Assembly: GCA_044224875.1 (NCBI GenBank) | Contig: JBGAJQ010000011.1 | Coordinates: 32,001 to 96,000 of the forward strand | Length of the DNA: 64,000 nt | DNA from: Gemmatimonadaceae bacterium | GTDB lineage: Bacteria > Gemmatimonadota > Gemmatimonadetes > Gemmatimonadales > Gemmatimonadaceae | Reading direction: 5' to 3' | Shown here: positions 30,306-39,879 of the stretch, piece by piece | Layout of the letters: each line of letters begins with the position of its first letter | Position numbering within the stretch: position 1 is the first letter of the stretch | Notes under the pieces: generated by a model | What the model saw: the letters and a program-made list of their open reading frames with translations, nothing else | Database searches by the model: none | Told to the model about the DNA's origin: nothing | Program-made: the position numbers and the translations under genes

Positions 30306-32297
30306 ATGCGAACGACTCGGACGACTCTCCTGCTGATCGGTGTTCTCACTGCCTGTGGTGGCGGTGGGGGAGACGGCGGCGCGACCAATCCACCTCCCGT
30401 GGCTGTGGCCAGCGTCGATGTCACGCCGACCGCGTCATCGCTGGCCCCCTCCAGCACCGTGCAGCTCACGGCCACTCCGAAAGATGCTGGCGGCAACGCA
30501 CTCGGCGGTCGGTCGGTGACATGGTCGAGCAGCGATGCCGGCGTGGCGTCGGTGAGCACGTCTGGACTTGTCACCGCGGTGGCCGCCGGGACCGCGCAGG
30601 TGACCGCGTCGAGCGAAGGACGTACGGGTTCCGCTTCGATCACCGTGCTGGCGCCGATTGCTGTGCTGTCGCTGGATCACCCGACGGCGTCGTTAGTAGC
30701 GGGGCAAACGCTGCAGCTGACGCCGACGGCGAAGGATGGCGCGGGGGCGACGCTGGCCGGACGCCCCGTGGCATGGGCAAGCAGCGCTCCGACCGTGGCC
30801 ACCGTCACCTCGTCTGGCCTGGTGACGGCGCTGGCTTCCGGCACCGCGTCGATTACCGCCAGCACCGAGGGAAAGACCGCGACGGCTGCCATCACGGTGG
30901 CTGACGGAGCGATCGTGGGGGCCAGTGGCGCCACCGTCAGCGCCGCCAGCGGCAACGTCAAGATCGAGGTTCCCGCGGGCGCTGCGCCGGTCGGCACGAC
31001 GATAACCGTGCAGGAGGCTCCAGCTCCAACCTCAGGGCCCAACGGGGCATTCTTGTCGGGGACGTTCTACCAGTTTGGTCCCGAGGGCACGACGTTCACC
31101 AGCCCGGTAAAGGTCACGCTCAAGTACGATCCCGCCAAGCTGCCGCCTTGGGCCATCCCTGAGGACTTGGGCATCCAGCGGCTGAGCAACGGGCAGTGGA
31201 ACAAACTCGCGAACATCGTGGTGGACACGGTGGCTCACACGATCACTGGGACTACCACCGGCTTCAGCGCCTTCGGGGCATCAACCAATGCGCCGACGGT
31301 CACGCTGACGCCGAACAAGGGGCAGGTCAACTACAACCAGCGATCCGTCATCTTCGATGCGATCGTCAACGGCCATCAGTGGGGCCAGTTCCAGTATGCC
31401 TGGAACAGCTCCAAGTCGAACGGTGCGCTGGGCGCCCAGTTTGGGAGCACCATGCAGTACATCGGATCCACACCGATTCTACCGGACGGCGTGATTGACG
31501 TCGTGTGGGTGGACGTGTCTGGTCCGGTGGTCCCAAATGGCCCAGTGCAGGTGCTTGGCCGGGCGGTGGCCAACGTGACGGCCGACCTGGGGCTGACGTT
31601 TGAGCTGAACCCCTGGACGCAGCTCGTCGACTTCGGCAAGACTGTGGATGTACAGGCGTTGGTGCGCCAGGCAGACGGTTCGTTGTACAACGGCAAGTTG
31701 CAGTACAAGTACACATCCACCAACTACGTTGGCACCACGACGCCGGCCGCCGGGCTCCAGACGTCGATCAACACGGCGCAGTACCGAGCGCTTCCCGCCA
31801 TCGCCCAGGTCGGGCGCCCGCCGCGCGGTGACAAGATCACCGTGGAATTCTTTGTCGAACACAAGATCCCCAACGGGACGCTACAGAACCCCAACTCGTT
31901 CCTCGTTCAGTGGGATCGGCTTGGAAGTGCGGATGCCTTTGTCGAAGTGGGGAAGGACATCTACATCGGCCACTACTCGATCGAAACGCAAATTACAAAT
32001 CCGGCGACGGGAAATGGATGCGTGTATGTCTACTTCTGGGCTCCAAAGGCGTCGCCTGCGCAATCGTACGCCCTGCACGCCTACGGCTTCAACGATCCGG
32101 GCGGCGTCGGCACGGACTACACGCGCACGTTCACTGGGCCAACTGGCAGCGGGCTCACCGCCGTGGTTGATATGGGCACGGAGTACAAGATGGGTGTGCA
32201 GGGCGGCTGCGGGTCGCCGTCCAACATCACCTACCGTCAGGGGCTCTACAACTCGGAGTTCGCGGGAACCGTGATCGAAGTGAAGGTCACTCCGTGA
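30306..32297 (+). CDS. Surface lipoprotein with two Ig-like (Big_2) domains and a ZU5-like domain
   Basis: Lipobox VLTAC; two WSSS..VA.V..SGLVTA repeats; IEVPAGA...FGPEGTTFTSPV; RBS gaggag. Confidence 0.85.
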   Translation: MRTTRTTLLLIGVLTACGGGGGDGGATNPPPVAVASVDVTPTASSLAPSSTVQLTATPKDAGGNALGGRSVTWSSSDAGVASVSTSGLVTAVAAGTAQVTASSEGRTGSASITVLAPIAVLSLDHPTASLVAGQTLQLTPTAKDGAGATLAGRPVAWASSAPTVATVTSSGLVTALASGTASITASTEGKTATAAITVADGAIVGASGATVSAASGNVKIEVPAGAAPVGTTITVQEAPAPTSGPNGAFLSGTFYQFGPEGTTFTSPVKVTLKYDPAKLPPWAIPEDLGIQRLSNGQWNKLANIVVDTVAHTITGTTTGFSAFGASTNAPTVTLTPNKGQVNYNQRSVIFDAIVNGHQWGQFQYAWNSSKSNGALGAQFGSTMQYIGSTPILPDGVIDVVWVDVSGPVVPNGPVQVLGRAVANVTADLGLTFELNPWTQLVDFGKTVDVQALVRQADGSLYNGKLQYKYTSTNYVGTTTPAAGLQTSINTAQYRALPAIAQVGRPPRGDKITVEFFVEHKIPNGTLQNPNSFLVQWDRLGSADAFVEVGKDIYIGHYSIETQITNPATGNGCVYVYFWAPKASPAQSYALHAYGFNDPGGVGTDYTRTFTGPTGSGLTAVVDMGTEYKMGVQGGCGSPSNITYRQGLYNSEFAGTVIEVKVTP

Positions 32298-32361
32298 GGC
32301 TCGGCCAGCGTACCTGACGGCACGTCAGCCTAACGGCGAGCCGTCCATCTGACTTCAACGA

Positions 32362-32395
32362 GAACCGCGCATGGGAAAGCTCCCATGCGCGGTTC
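32362..32395. terminator. Perfect 15-bp hairpin, probable bidirectional terminator
   Basis: gaaccgcgcatggga-aagc-tcccatgcgcggttc between convergent genes. Confidence 0.75.
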
Positions 32396-32432
32396 GTGTC
32401 TTCCGCGACGCCCGCCGCCAGCGTCAGCGCGG

Positions 32433-34784
32433 CTAGTTCACCGTCACGTTTCGGACGATCGTGTTGTTCGACGCGTTGGGATCAGGGTTCTGGCCCGTCA
32501 CCGTGATCGTCTTGGGAAACACACCTCGCTGTACGGCCTTGAGCGTCATCGTGAACGTCGCCTGGCCGCCGGACGCAATGCCCGCAACCAGACAGGTAAG
32601 TCCGCTGGCAGAGCCGGAGCAGCTTGCGCCTGTGGCCCCTTGGAACTGGAACCCGCCGGCGGGCTGGAAGGTGACCGTTGCGCCTGTCGACAGCGTGGGA
32701 CCCGCGTTGGACACGCGGAATCCGACGGTGAAGACCTGGTTGAGCGTGAGCGGCGGGGGCGCTTGAGAGATCCCAACCGACAAGTCGGCGCTCCCGTCAT
32801 TGTCCGTGATATTGGCGACGACCGACGCCGGAACGAATCCATTGAAGAAGGGATCGGCGCTCACAACGCCGTGCGCGATGGTGCCGATGTGAGCAGGCTC
32901 GACGACCGCGTCGTCGACGGCGGCGACGGTGACGGTTTGTGGGAGCATCCAGTTCGTCGTCGTAAAGCTCAATGGCGACGGCCCAGCGCTTACCTGGGCA
33001 TCGGGCAAGACATTCACGGTGACGGTCCCCGTTGGTGCTTGCGAGAGGCACACCGCGTACGCGTTGCTGGGACCACCCTCCGCCAGCGGCAGCTGTGTCG
33101 GCGATGCTTGCACCTTGGTGGCTTGGTCGTACCCAATCAGCTGCAACACGTGGATCGGGCTGTTGAGCCGCCAGAAGCGCCCCAGGCCCGGGTTCAGACC
33201 CGTCACCGAGTTGAAGGAGCCGCGAGCACCAGGGCTGCCATCCGTGATAATGTCCAGCACCTGGCCACACACCGCCATGCCCGGACCGGTCAGGATGCTG
33301 AGTACCCCTCCATAGTTTATCTGACCCGCGACCGCCAATCGATCAAAGGCGCCCGCCTGCGTGCCATTGACTTCGATCGCCAAGGTACCGGAGCCACCGC
33401 TGAGGTCGATCATCGATGCGTTGAGCGTTCCGACGGGATTGCCCGGCGCGACGACGCCACTGTTCAGCACCACGACAAACGGCACACTGCCCGTGCCGGT
33501 CAGGGTGCCTCCGTTCACCCGCAGTTGCCCTGAAGTAAACACGCCGGTGTCACGACTCCGGAAGGTTGCGCCTGACGATACAGTGAAGACGGAGGCGCCG
33601 GCGCCAGTGACGGTCCCGAAGTTCTCGAAGACACCGCCCACCTTGTCGAAGTAGACGCCCGCTCCCGGCAGGCTAACTGCCCCGTTGTTCACGGCTGACA
33701 TGTTGAGGTGAAGCTCGGCGCCCGCCGCTGGCTGTTGCATCACCGACCCGTTGTTGGTGAGGGTGCCACTGCCATTCAGGGTAAGGACCGTCGCGGCAAA
33801 GAATGCCTGGTCAAACCGCACACTTCCCGATACGGTGGGCGACCCGTTCCACGTGATGCTACTGCTACCTACCGCGCCGTGTCCCACGATCCACACCTTC
33901 GTTCCCACAGGCACGTTGCCGGTAATTGCACTCGTGCCCGCGATGGTGGACGCCACGGCGATGTCATGTGCACCGGACAGCGTCGCGCCCAGAACCAGGC
34001 TCGCACCCCGCAGGCGCACGATCGGCAGCCCGTTCTGCGCCGACAGGGGCAGAGACCCACCGTTGAGGGTGAACGTGCCGGCCTGCATGTCAAACACCGG
34101 GAGAATTGGCGTCGTGATCGTCCCGCCATTCTGCTGAAACGTTGGGCTCCCCGCCGTTCCCGGTATCACGATACCCGTGCCGCTCGTCAGCGTGATCGTA
34201 CCACTGTTGACGTAGGCGCCGTTCGTTTTGCCCCACGTTTGGACGCCCGCAATAGTAATGCTGCCGCTATTCGTGACGTCGGCGTTCAACTCGGTGGTGC
34301 CAAAGCCATTGGTATGCGACAGCACCCCAGCGTTGGTTACACTTGCCGCATTCACCCGGCCAACGCCAAACTCGTCGTATGACAGCTTGCCGGAGACGCC
34401 GATCTCGATGCCTTGCGCAACGTCCAGCCGCACGTCCGTTCCCGCCAGGCTCAACGTCTGCACACCGCTCGCCGCTCCGATCGCGATTCCAGTCACCGCA
34501 ACAGGCGTGGCATCGACCGTCGGATCCAGCGTGACCGTGTAGGTCCCAGCGACGTCGACGCACGCCACGTCGGCGGAACCAGGAACAGCGTTAGGCGACC
34601 ACTTGGCGGCGTCGAACCAGCTGCCATTGACGGCCGAGGCCCAGTGGTGTGTACATGGTGGGTTTGCTGACAAACGAGCCGACCACACGTGCGTTCCCGC
34701 GACCTTGGGTGGCCCCGCCGGTCCATCCGCGCAACCCGCGGTTACGACAACGGCAACGACATAGGCCAACACTCGGCTCTTCAT
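32433..34784 (-). CDS. Large surface lipoprotein: beta-helix/passenger-like region, Calx-beta-like domain, C-terminal DUF11
   Basis: Lipobox TAGC; G/T/N-rich strands, VAPGNPVGTL, FTTTNW..PQTVTVAAVDD, ADLSV...DPNASNN; start moved to 34784. Confidence 0.8.
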   Translation of the reverse strand: MKSRVLAYVVAVVVTAGCADGPAGPPKVAGTHVWSARLSANPPCTHHWASAVNGSWFDAAKWSPNAVPGSADVACVDVAGTYTVTLDPTVDATPVAVTGIAIGAASGVQTLSLAGTDVRLDVAQGIEIGVSGKLSYDEFGVGRVNAASVTNAGVLSHTNGFGTTELNADVTNSGSITIAGVQTWGKTNGAYVNSGTITLTSGTGIVIPGTAGSPTFQQNGGTITTPILPVFDMQAGTFTLNGGSLPLSAQNGLPIVRLRGASLVLGATLSGAHDIAVASTIAGTSAITGNVPVGTKVWIVGHGAVGSSSITWNGSPTVSGSVRFDQAFFAATVLTLNGSGTLTNNGSVMQQPAAGAELHLNMSAVNNGAVSLPGAGVYFDKVGGVFENFGTVTGAGASVFTVSSGATFRSRDTGVFTSGQLRVNGGTLTGTGSVPFVVVLNSGVVAPGNPVGTLNASMIDLSGGSGTLAIEVNGTQAGAFDRLAVAGQINYGGVLSILTGPGMAVCGQVLDIITDGSPGARGSFNSVTGLNPGLGRFWRLNSPIHVLQLIGYDQATKVQASPTQLPLAEGGPSNAYAVCLSQAPTGTVTVNVLPDAQVSAGPSPLSFTTTNWMLPQTVTVAAVDDAVVEPAHIGTIAHGVVSADPFFNGFVPASVVANITDNDGSADLSVGISQAPPPLTLNQVFTVGFRVSNAGPTLSTGATVTFQPAGGFQFQGATGASCSGSASGLTCLVAGIASGGQATFTMTLKAVQRGVFPKTITVTGQNPDPNASNNTIVRNVTVN

Positions 34785-34837
34785 AAATGACCTCCGGCTC
34801 ACTAGGGAGAGGATGACAGCGTGCGAAGTCTCCCCTC

Positions 34838-34871
34838 CATGCGCGTTATGCCTTGCCGACCGTCTCATGCC
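34838..34871 (-). promoter_or_regulatory. Putative ECF promoter GGCATGAGACG-N15-CGCGCATG (copy 1)
   Basis: Boxes and spacer length identical to 35587-35620; oriented toward the lipoprotein gene starting at 34784. Confidence 0.75.
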
Positions 34872-35019
34872 ACTCACGCCGTGGCAGTTGACCGAATTCA
34901 GTCGCGCGCGATGCGAGAGATCCTCCCGCACACGCCGACGGCTCGGATATTGCGGAGGTCGCTCCCCCGGGATAACGTCGTCACAGAACGGGCGGGTTGA
35001 GCCCGTCGGACCCTCGTAT

Positions 35020-35583
35020 ATGTCGAACGCTCACTCAGTTACGCGATTGCTCGCGGACCTCCGTGTCGGCAAGGAGGGAGCGCTCGAGGAACTGGTGCGA
35101 CTGGTCTATCCGGAGTTCCGCGAGATGGCCGCCGCGCAGCTGAGGAACGAGCGTCCTGAGCACACCCTGCAGCCCACGGCGCTGGTTCACGAGGCCTTTC
35201 TCAAGCTCGTGCCAGATGGCTCAGCGGACTTCGAGAACCGAGCGCACTTTTTTGGTGCGGCCGCCAGCGCCATGCGTCGCGTACTCGTGGACCACGCGCG
35301 GCGTCACCACGCGCTCAAGCGAGGCAGCGGCGAGCTTCTGCGCCTGGAATCTGGCATGGACGTGGCGTTGCAGTCGGCGGATCAGATGATCCGCGTGGAT
35401 GAGGCACTCGACCGTCTTGCGCAGCTGGATCCGCGTCAGGCCCGTGTGGTGGAGCTGCGGTTCTTCGCAGGGCTCACGGTAGAGGAATCCGCTGCCGTTC
35501 TTGGTGTGGCGCCCATCACCATAAAGCGCGACTGGGCGATGGCGCGCGCGTGGCTCTTTCGCGAACTGTCGACCCCTTCGTGA
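35020..35583 (+). CDS. Kinase-associated ECF sigma factor (TIGR02999/ECF43-like)
   Basis: HTLQPTALVHEAFLKL, HFFGAAASAMRRVLVDHAR, VELRFFAGL, RDWAMARAWL. Confidence 0.93.
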   Translation: MSNAHSVTRLLADLRVGKEGALEELVRLVYPEFREMAAAQLRNERPEHTLQPTALVHEAFLKLVPDGSADFENRAHFFGAAASAMRRVLVDHARRHHALKRGSGELLRLESGMDVALQSADQMIRVDEALDRLAQLDPRQARVVELRFFAGLTVEESAAVLGVAPITIKRDWAMARAWLFRELSTPS

Positions 35584-35586
35584 ACC

Positions 35587-35620
35587 GGCATGAGACGCGT
35601 TCGGCGATCCTTCGCGCATG
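35587..35620 (+). promoter_or_regulatory. Putative ECF promoter GGCATGAGACG-N15-CGCGCATG (copy 2)
   Basis: Between the sigma and kinase genes; matches copy 1. Confidence 0.75.
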
Positions 35621-35666
35621 ATCTCTACGAGCACAGCGCGTTGAGCTCATCACTCGTCGCCGTCGA

Positions 35667-38219
35667 ATGACAGCCTCACCCAATTCCTGGTCGGAACTCA
35701 AGGCGCTCTTCTTCGAGTTGTCGGACATGCTGCCGGCTGAACGCGAGGTTCGGCTGCGCACGGTCGCCAACGCCGACGCCGCGCTCGCCGCTGACCTGCG
35801 GAGCTTGCTCGCCGCCCACGACGTTTCCGATGCGCAGTTCAACGACGTTCTCCCGCAGTCATTGGGATTTCTGGAAGCCCGTCGTGAGGCCCCGACCTTG
35901 GTCGGGCGGGAGGTCGGGCACTACCTGGTGACGCGTCTGGTGGGGCGCGGGGGCATGGGTGCGATTTACGAAGCACATCGCGCCGACGATGAATTCAGGA
36001 AGCGCGTGGCGATCAAGACCATTTGGCGAGGAGCCGAAAGTGACGTGGTCTTGCATCGTTTTCGCACGGAGCGACAGATCCTGGCCAGCTTGCAGCACCC
36101 GCACATCGCCGCGCTGCTGGATGGAGGTGTCACGTCGGATGGGCTGCCATACTTCGTGATGGAGTTCGTGGACGGCGCAGGTATCGACCACTACTGCGCA
36201 TCGCATCGACTGGGCGTGGCCGATCGCGTGCGACTCGTGCGCGAGGTGTGCGACGCCGTCCAGTACGCGCATCAGAACCTGGTCGTACACCGTGACATCA
36301 AACCGGGCAACGTACTGGTGACGCCCGATGGCGTTCCCAAACTGCTGGACTTTGGCATCGCCAAGTTGATCGGGACCGATGGAGCTGGCGGACACACCCT
36401 CACCGAGGCCGGCCTGCGACCTTTTACCATCACGTATGCCAGCCCGGAGCAGTTGCGCGGTCAGGCGGTGTCGACGGCGACCGACGTCTATTCGTTGGGC
36501 GTTCTGTTGTTTGAGCTGTTGACGGGGCGGCCGCCGTTCGCGGCGAGCGGTGGCACGTCGCATGAACTCATGCGTGAGATCACCGAGCAGGATCCGCCGA
36601 GGCTATCCGGTGCCTGCGACGCCACCGCAATGTCGACATACCCGGATCCTTCTCGCGTGAGCCGTGAGCTCACGGGCGATCTCGACGCCATCGTGCAGAT
36701 GGCGCTCCGTAAGGAACCCGAGCGAAGATATCAGTCCGCCGAGCAGCTGTCGCTCGACTTGCGGCGCTATCTGGAGCACCAGCCGGTCGTGGCCGGCCCG
36801 GATACGTGGTCATACCGGGCGGCCAAGTTCACTCGGCGCCATCGAACCACGGTTGTTGCTGCAGGCCTGTTGGCGGTGTCGCTCATCGGCGGGACCGTAG
36901 CCACATGGCGTCAGGCGCGCGCGGCCGCCCAGGAGCGCGATCATGCACAGGCGGAAGCGCGCCGCGCCGATGCGGAACGCGACAAAGCACAGCAGGTCAC
37001 CGCGTTCCTGCAGCGCACGCTGGGGTCTGCCGACCCGTCGCAGCTGGGACGTGACGTGACCCTGCGCGAGGTGCTGGACTCGGCAAGCGTATCGCTCACC
37101 AGTCTGGCCTCGCAGCCCTCGGTGGAAGGCGAGCTGCGGCGCGTGCTCGGCGACACCTACTTCTCGCTCGGACTCTACGACCGTGCCGAGCAGCAGCTGC
37201 AACGCGCGTTGGAGGTTCAGCAAGGCTTGCACGGACCAGAGAGCCGCGAAGCGGCCCTCGTGCAGAGTGCGCTGGGTGGCGTCGCTGAGGCGCGAGGCGA
37301 CATGGCGGCGGCCGAGCAGATCCAGCGGGCGGTGCTTGTCACGCTCCGGCGGGCTGGCCCCGCCGACGCCGCGGTGGCGGCGCAGCTCGACAATCTGTCG
37401 CGCGTACGGCAGAGTCTCGGCGACCTGACGGAGGCCGAGCAGCTCCAACGCGAGGCGTTGGGTATTCGCCGCGCGATCGACTCGACGTCGGATGACGTTG
37501 CGGCGTCCCTCAACAACCTGGCCGTAGTGCTCGGAGAAAGCGGCCGGCTCGCACCTGCCGAGTCGCTGCACCGCGAGGCGTTAGGCATCACCCAACGCCG
37601 GCACGGGCCCAGTCATCCGTTGGTGGCCAACGCCATGGCGACACTGGCCGCGATTCTGGATCGCGAAGGAAAGTCCGCCAGTGCCGACACCCTGTTTCGC
37701 GCTACACTGGCACTCCGCCGGACCTTGCTCGGGGCGCAGCATCCCGACTACGCATGGACGGCGTTTTCGTACGCGCAGTTCCTGGTCGACCACCAGCGCT
37801 TTGCCGAAGCCATCCCCCTGGCACGCGAGGTGTTGGCGTTGCGTGGCCAAACACTGCCGAACAGTCATCCCGCCGTCGCGGCCGCGTTGCAGGCGCTGGG
37901 CAGGAGTCTCGATGCGACGGGCCAACTGGCTGACGGGGGACGCGCGCTCCGAGAGAGTCTGTCCCTGCGCCAGGCCGCGTTGCCGCCGGGACACTGGTTG
38001 ATTGCCACCTCGGAGAGCCTCGTGGGCGAACACGAGTTGCGGATTGGCAATCTACGCGCGGCGGAGCCCTTGTTGGTTCGCGCGTATCGCCAACTAGTGG
38101 CGACCCGAGGTGGATCGGCGCCACCGACCGATGCAGCACGCGCTCGACTGATCGAGCTGTACGAGCGAGAGGGTCGCCTGCAGGACGCGGCTCGGCTTCG
38201 GGGCGCCTCAAAGCCCTAG
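35667..38219 (+). CDS. Ser/Thr kinase with one TM helix and C-terminal TPR repeats
   Basis: GRGGMG, HRDIKPGN, LLDFGIAK, YASPE, GDLDAIV; TM; kinesin-light-chain-like TPRs. Confidence 0.95.
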   Translation: MTASPNSWSELKALFFELSDMLPAEREVRLRTVANADAALAADLRSLLAAHDVSDAQFNDVLPQSLGFLEARREAPTLVGREVGHYLVTRLVGRGGMGAIYEAHRADDEFRKRVAIKTIWRGAESDVVLHRFRTERQILASLQHPHIAALLDGGVTSDGLPYFVMEFVDGAGIDHYCASHRLGVADRVRLVREVCDAVQYAHQNLVVHRDIKPGNVLVTPDGVPKLLDFGIAKLIGTDGAGGHTLTEAGLRPFTITYASPEQLRGQAVSTATDVYSLGVLLFELLTGRPPFAASGGTSHELMREITEQDPPRLSGACDATAMSTYPDPSRVSRELTGDLDAIVQMALRKEPERRYQSAEQLSLDLRRYLEHQPVVAGPDTWSYRAAKFTRRHRTTVVAAGLLAVSLIGGTVATWRQARAAAQERDHAQAEARRADAERDKAQQVTAFLQRTLGSADPSQLGRDVTLREVLDSASVSLTSLASQPSVEGELRRVLGDTYFSLGLYDRAEQQLQRALEVQQGLHGPESREAALVQSALGGVAEARGDMAAAEQIQRAVLVTLRRAGPADAAVAAQLDNLSRVRQSLGDLTEAEQLQREALGIRRAIDSTSDDVAASLNNLAVVLGESGRLAPAESLHREALGITQRRHGPSHPLVANAMATLAAILDREGKSASADTLFRATLALRRTLLGAQHPDYAWTAFSYAQFLVDHQRFAEAIPLAREVLALRGQTLPNSHPAVAAALQALGRSLDATGQLADGGRALRESLSLRQAALPPGHWLIATSESLVGEHELRIGNLRAAEPLLVRAYRQLVATRGGSAPPTDAARARLIELYEREGRLQDAARLRGASKP

Positions 38220-38292
38220 GAGTTGAACGGCAAGTAGATTCTCGTCACCTCAGACATCGCGCCGACTCTCACATCGTCGAGGAACTGTTTCC

Positions 38293-39255
38293 ATGAAAAC
38301 ACAATGGATCGTGAGGCTCGCCGCGGCGAGCATCATGGCACCCGTCGCCGCCTGGACGCAGCAAACGCCGCCAGCTCCGCAACCCGGGACCAAGTGGTCT
38401 GACGAACAACTCCTGAAGGCCGTTGCGCCAGTGCGCGCGGGGCGGAAACTCACGCCGAAGAAGTGGCCGAACAACGCCAAGGTCGCCGTGTGCTTGAGCT
38501 TCGACGACGACAATGAATCGTACCTCCTCGCGTCGGGCCAAACCTCACCGACGACCCTCTCGACGGCGGACTTCGGGGCGCAAACAGGTCTCGACCGCAT
38601 CCTCGCGATGCTCGACAAACACCAGATCTCGTCCACGTTTTTCATCCCCGCTGTGAGCGCGCTCATTCATCCGGAGATGATTCCCAAGATCATGAAGTCG
38701 GGTCGCCACGAAATCGGCGTACACGGGTGGATTCACGAGTTCCCCCCGGCGACCGGCAGCGCCGAGGAGGAGGAGCGACTGTTGAACAAGGCGATCGACT
38801 TTCTCACGAAGGCCACCGGAAAGCGGCCGGTGGGGTATCGCGCCCCGGCGTGGGCCTTCAGCGAGAATACCATCGGCATCATTCGCAAGGCGGGCTTCTT
38901 CTACGATAGCAGCCTCGGCTCGATGGATGAGCCATTCGAGATCATGTCCAATGGCGAAGCGACAGGAATGGTGGAGCTGGCGATTGACTGGACGTTGACC
39001 GAAACGCCATACCTCGGTCGCGGTGGCACCATGCCATCGCCCGAATTGTTGTTCAAGCTGTATCGCGACGAGTTCGACGGGGCGTACGACCTCGGGACCA
39101 CGTTCATGCTGACGTTGCATCCCCACGTCGTGGGTCACCGCGCCCCGATGAAGTATCTCGATGAACTCGTTGGGTACATGAAGTCCAAACCCGGCGTGTG
39201 GTTTGGTACCTGCGAGCAGATCGCACGCTACGTGGCGAAAGAAGCTGGCATGTAG
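38293..39255 (+). CDS. Secreted polysaccharide deacetylase (CE4, PuuE/PgdA-like)
   Basis: SFDDD, HGWIHE, GYRAP, LHPHVVG; signal peptide. Confidence 0.9.
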   Translation: MKTQWIVRLAAASIMAPVAAWTQQTPPAPQPGTKWSDEQLLKAVAPVRAGRKLTPKKWPNNAKVAVCLSFDDDNESYLLASGQTSPTTLSTADFGAQTGLDRILAMLDKHQISSTFFIPAVSALIHPEMIPKIMKSGRHEIGVHGWIHEFPPATGSAEEEERLLNKAIDFLTKATGKRPVGYRAPAWAFSENTIGIIRKAGFFYDSSLGSMDEPFEIMSNGEATGMVELAIDWTLTETPYLGRGGTMPSPELLFKLYRDEFDGAYDLGTTFMLTLHPHVVGHRAPMKYLDELVGYMKSKPGVWFGTCEQIARYVAKEAGM

Positions 39256-39395
39256 CTCGTATCCACCCTCCCACGCTCGCCTCGGCTGCAACCCGTTGAG
39301 TGCCAAGGCAGACACCGTGGGACCGCTCGTTTCCAAATCGCGGGAATACGATATTCCCCTTGAGCAATCACGCGGGTCTACAACCAGGAACTCCA

Positions 39396-39785
39396 ATGTC
39401 CAATCCCCTGAGAGCGTCGGCCGTCATCTTCGCCAAGGACAACGCTCGTCTGGCGCGATTCTACACAGAGGTTCTGAAAGCGCGTACGATCCGTGCCGAA
39501 CCGGGTTACGAAGTGCTCCAGCTGGCGGACATCGAACTCGTGATCCACGCGATTCCCGAGCACATTGCCAACACGTTTGAGACTGCATCCCCGCCAGCTC
39601 TGCGCGAGGACGCGTCGATCAAGCTGGCCTTCCCCGTCGTGAGTCTCGAGTCCACACGCAAGGTCGTGACGAGCCTGGGCGGAGTCGCACATGGGCGTTC
39701 CTGGCAGGGTGAGGGTTTCACCGCCTGCGACGTCTCCGATCCCGAGGGCAATGTCCTGCAACTTCGCGAAGCCACAGGAAGGTGA
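39396..39785 (+). CDS. VOC/glyoxalase family protein
   Basis: AVIFAKD..RLARFY, DPEGNVLQL. Confidence 0.85.
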   Translation: MSNPLRASAVIFAKDNARLARFYTEVLKARTIRAEPGYEVLQLADIELVIHAIPEHIANTFETASPPALREDASIKLAFPVVSLESTRKVVTSLGGVAHGRSWQGEGFTACDVSDPEGNVLQLREATGR

Positions 39786-39879
39786 TCGTTGGATGCTTTT
39801 CTGCGCGGGATGCCTCTGCGGCAGCCGGCGGTCGACGGCACTTGGTGAAGCACTTCTCCCGACTTCGATCGTCCAGTCG

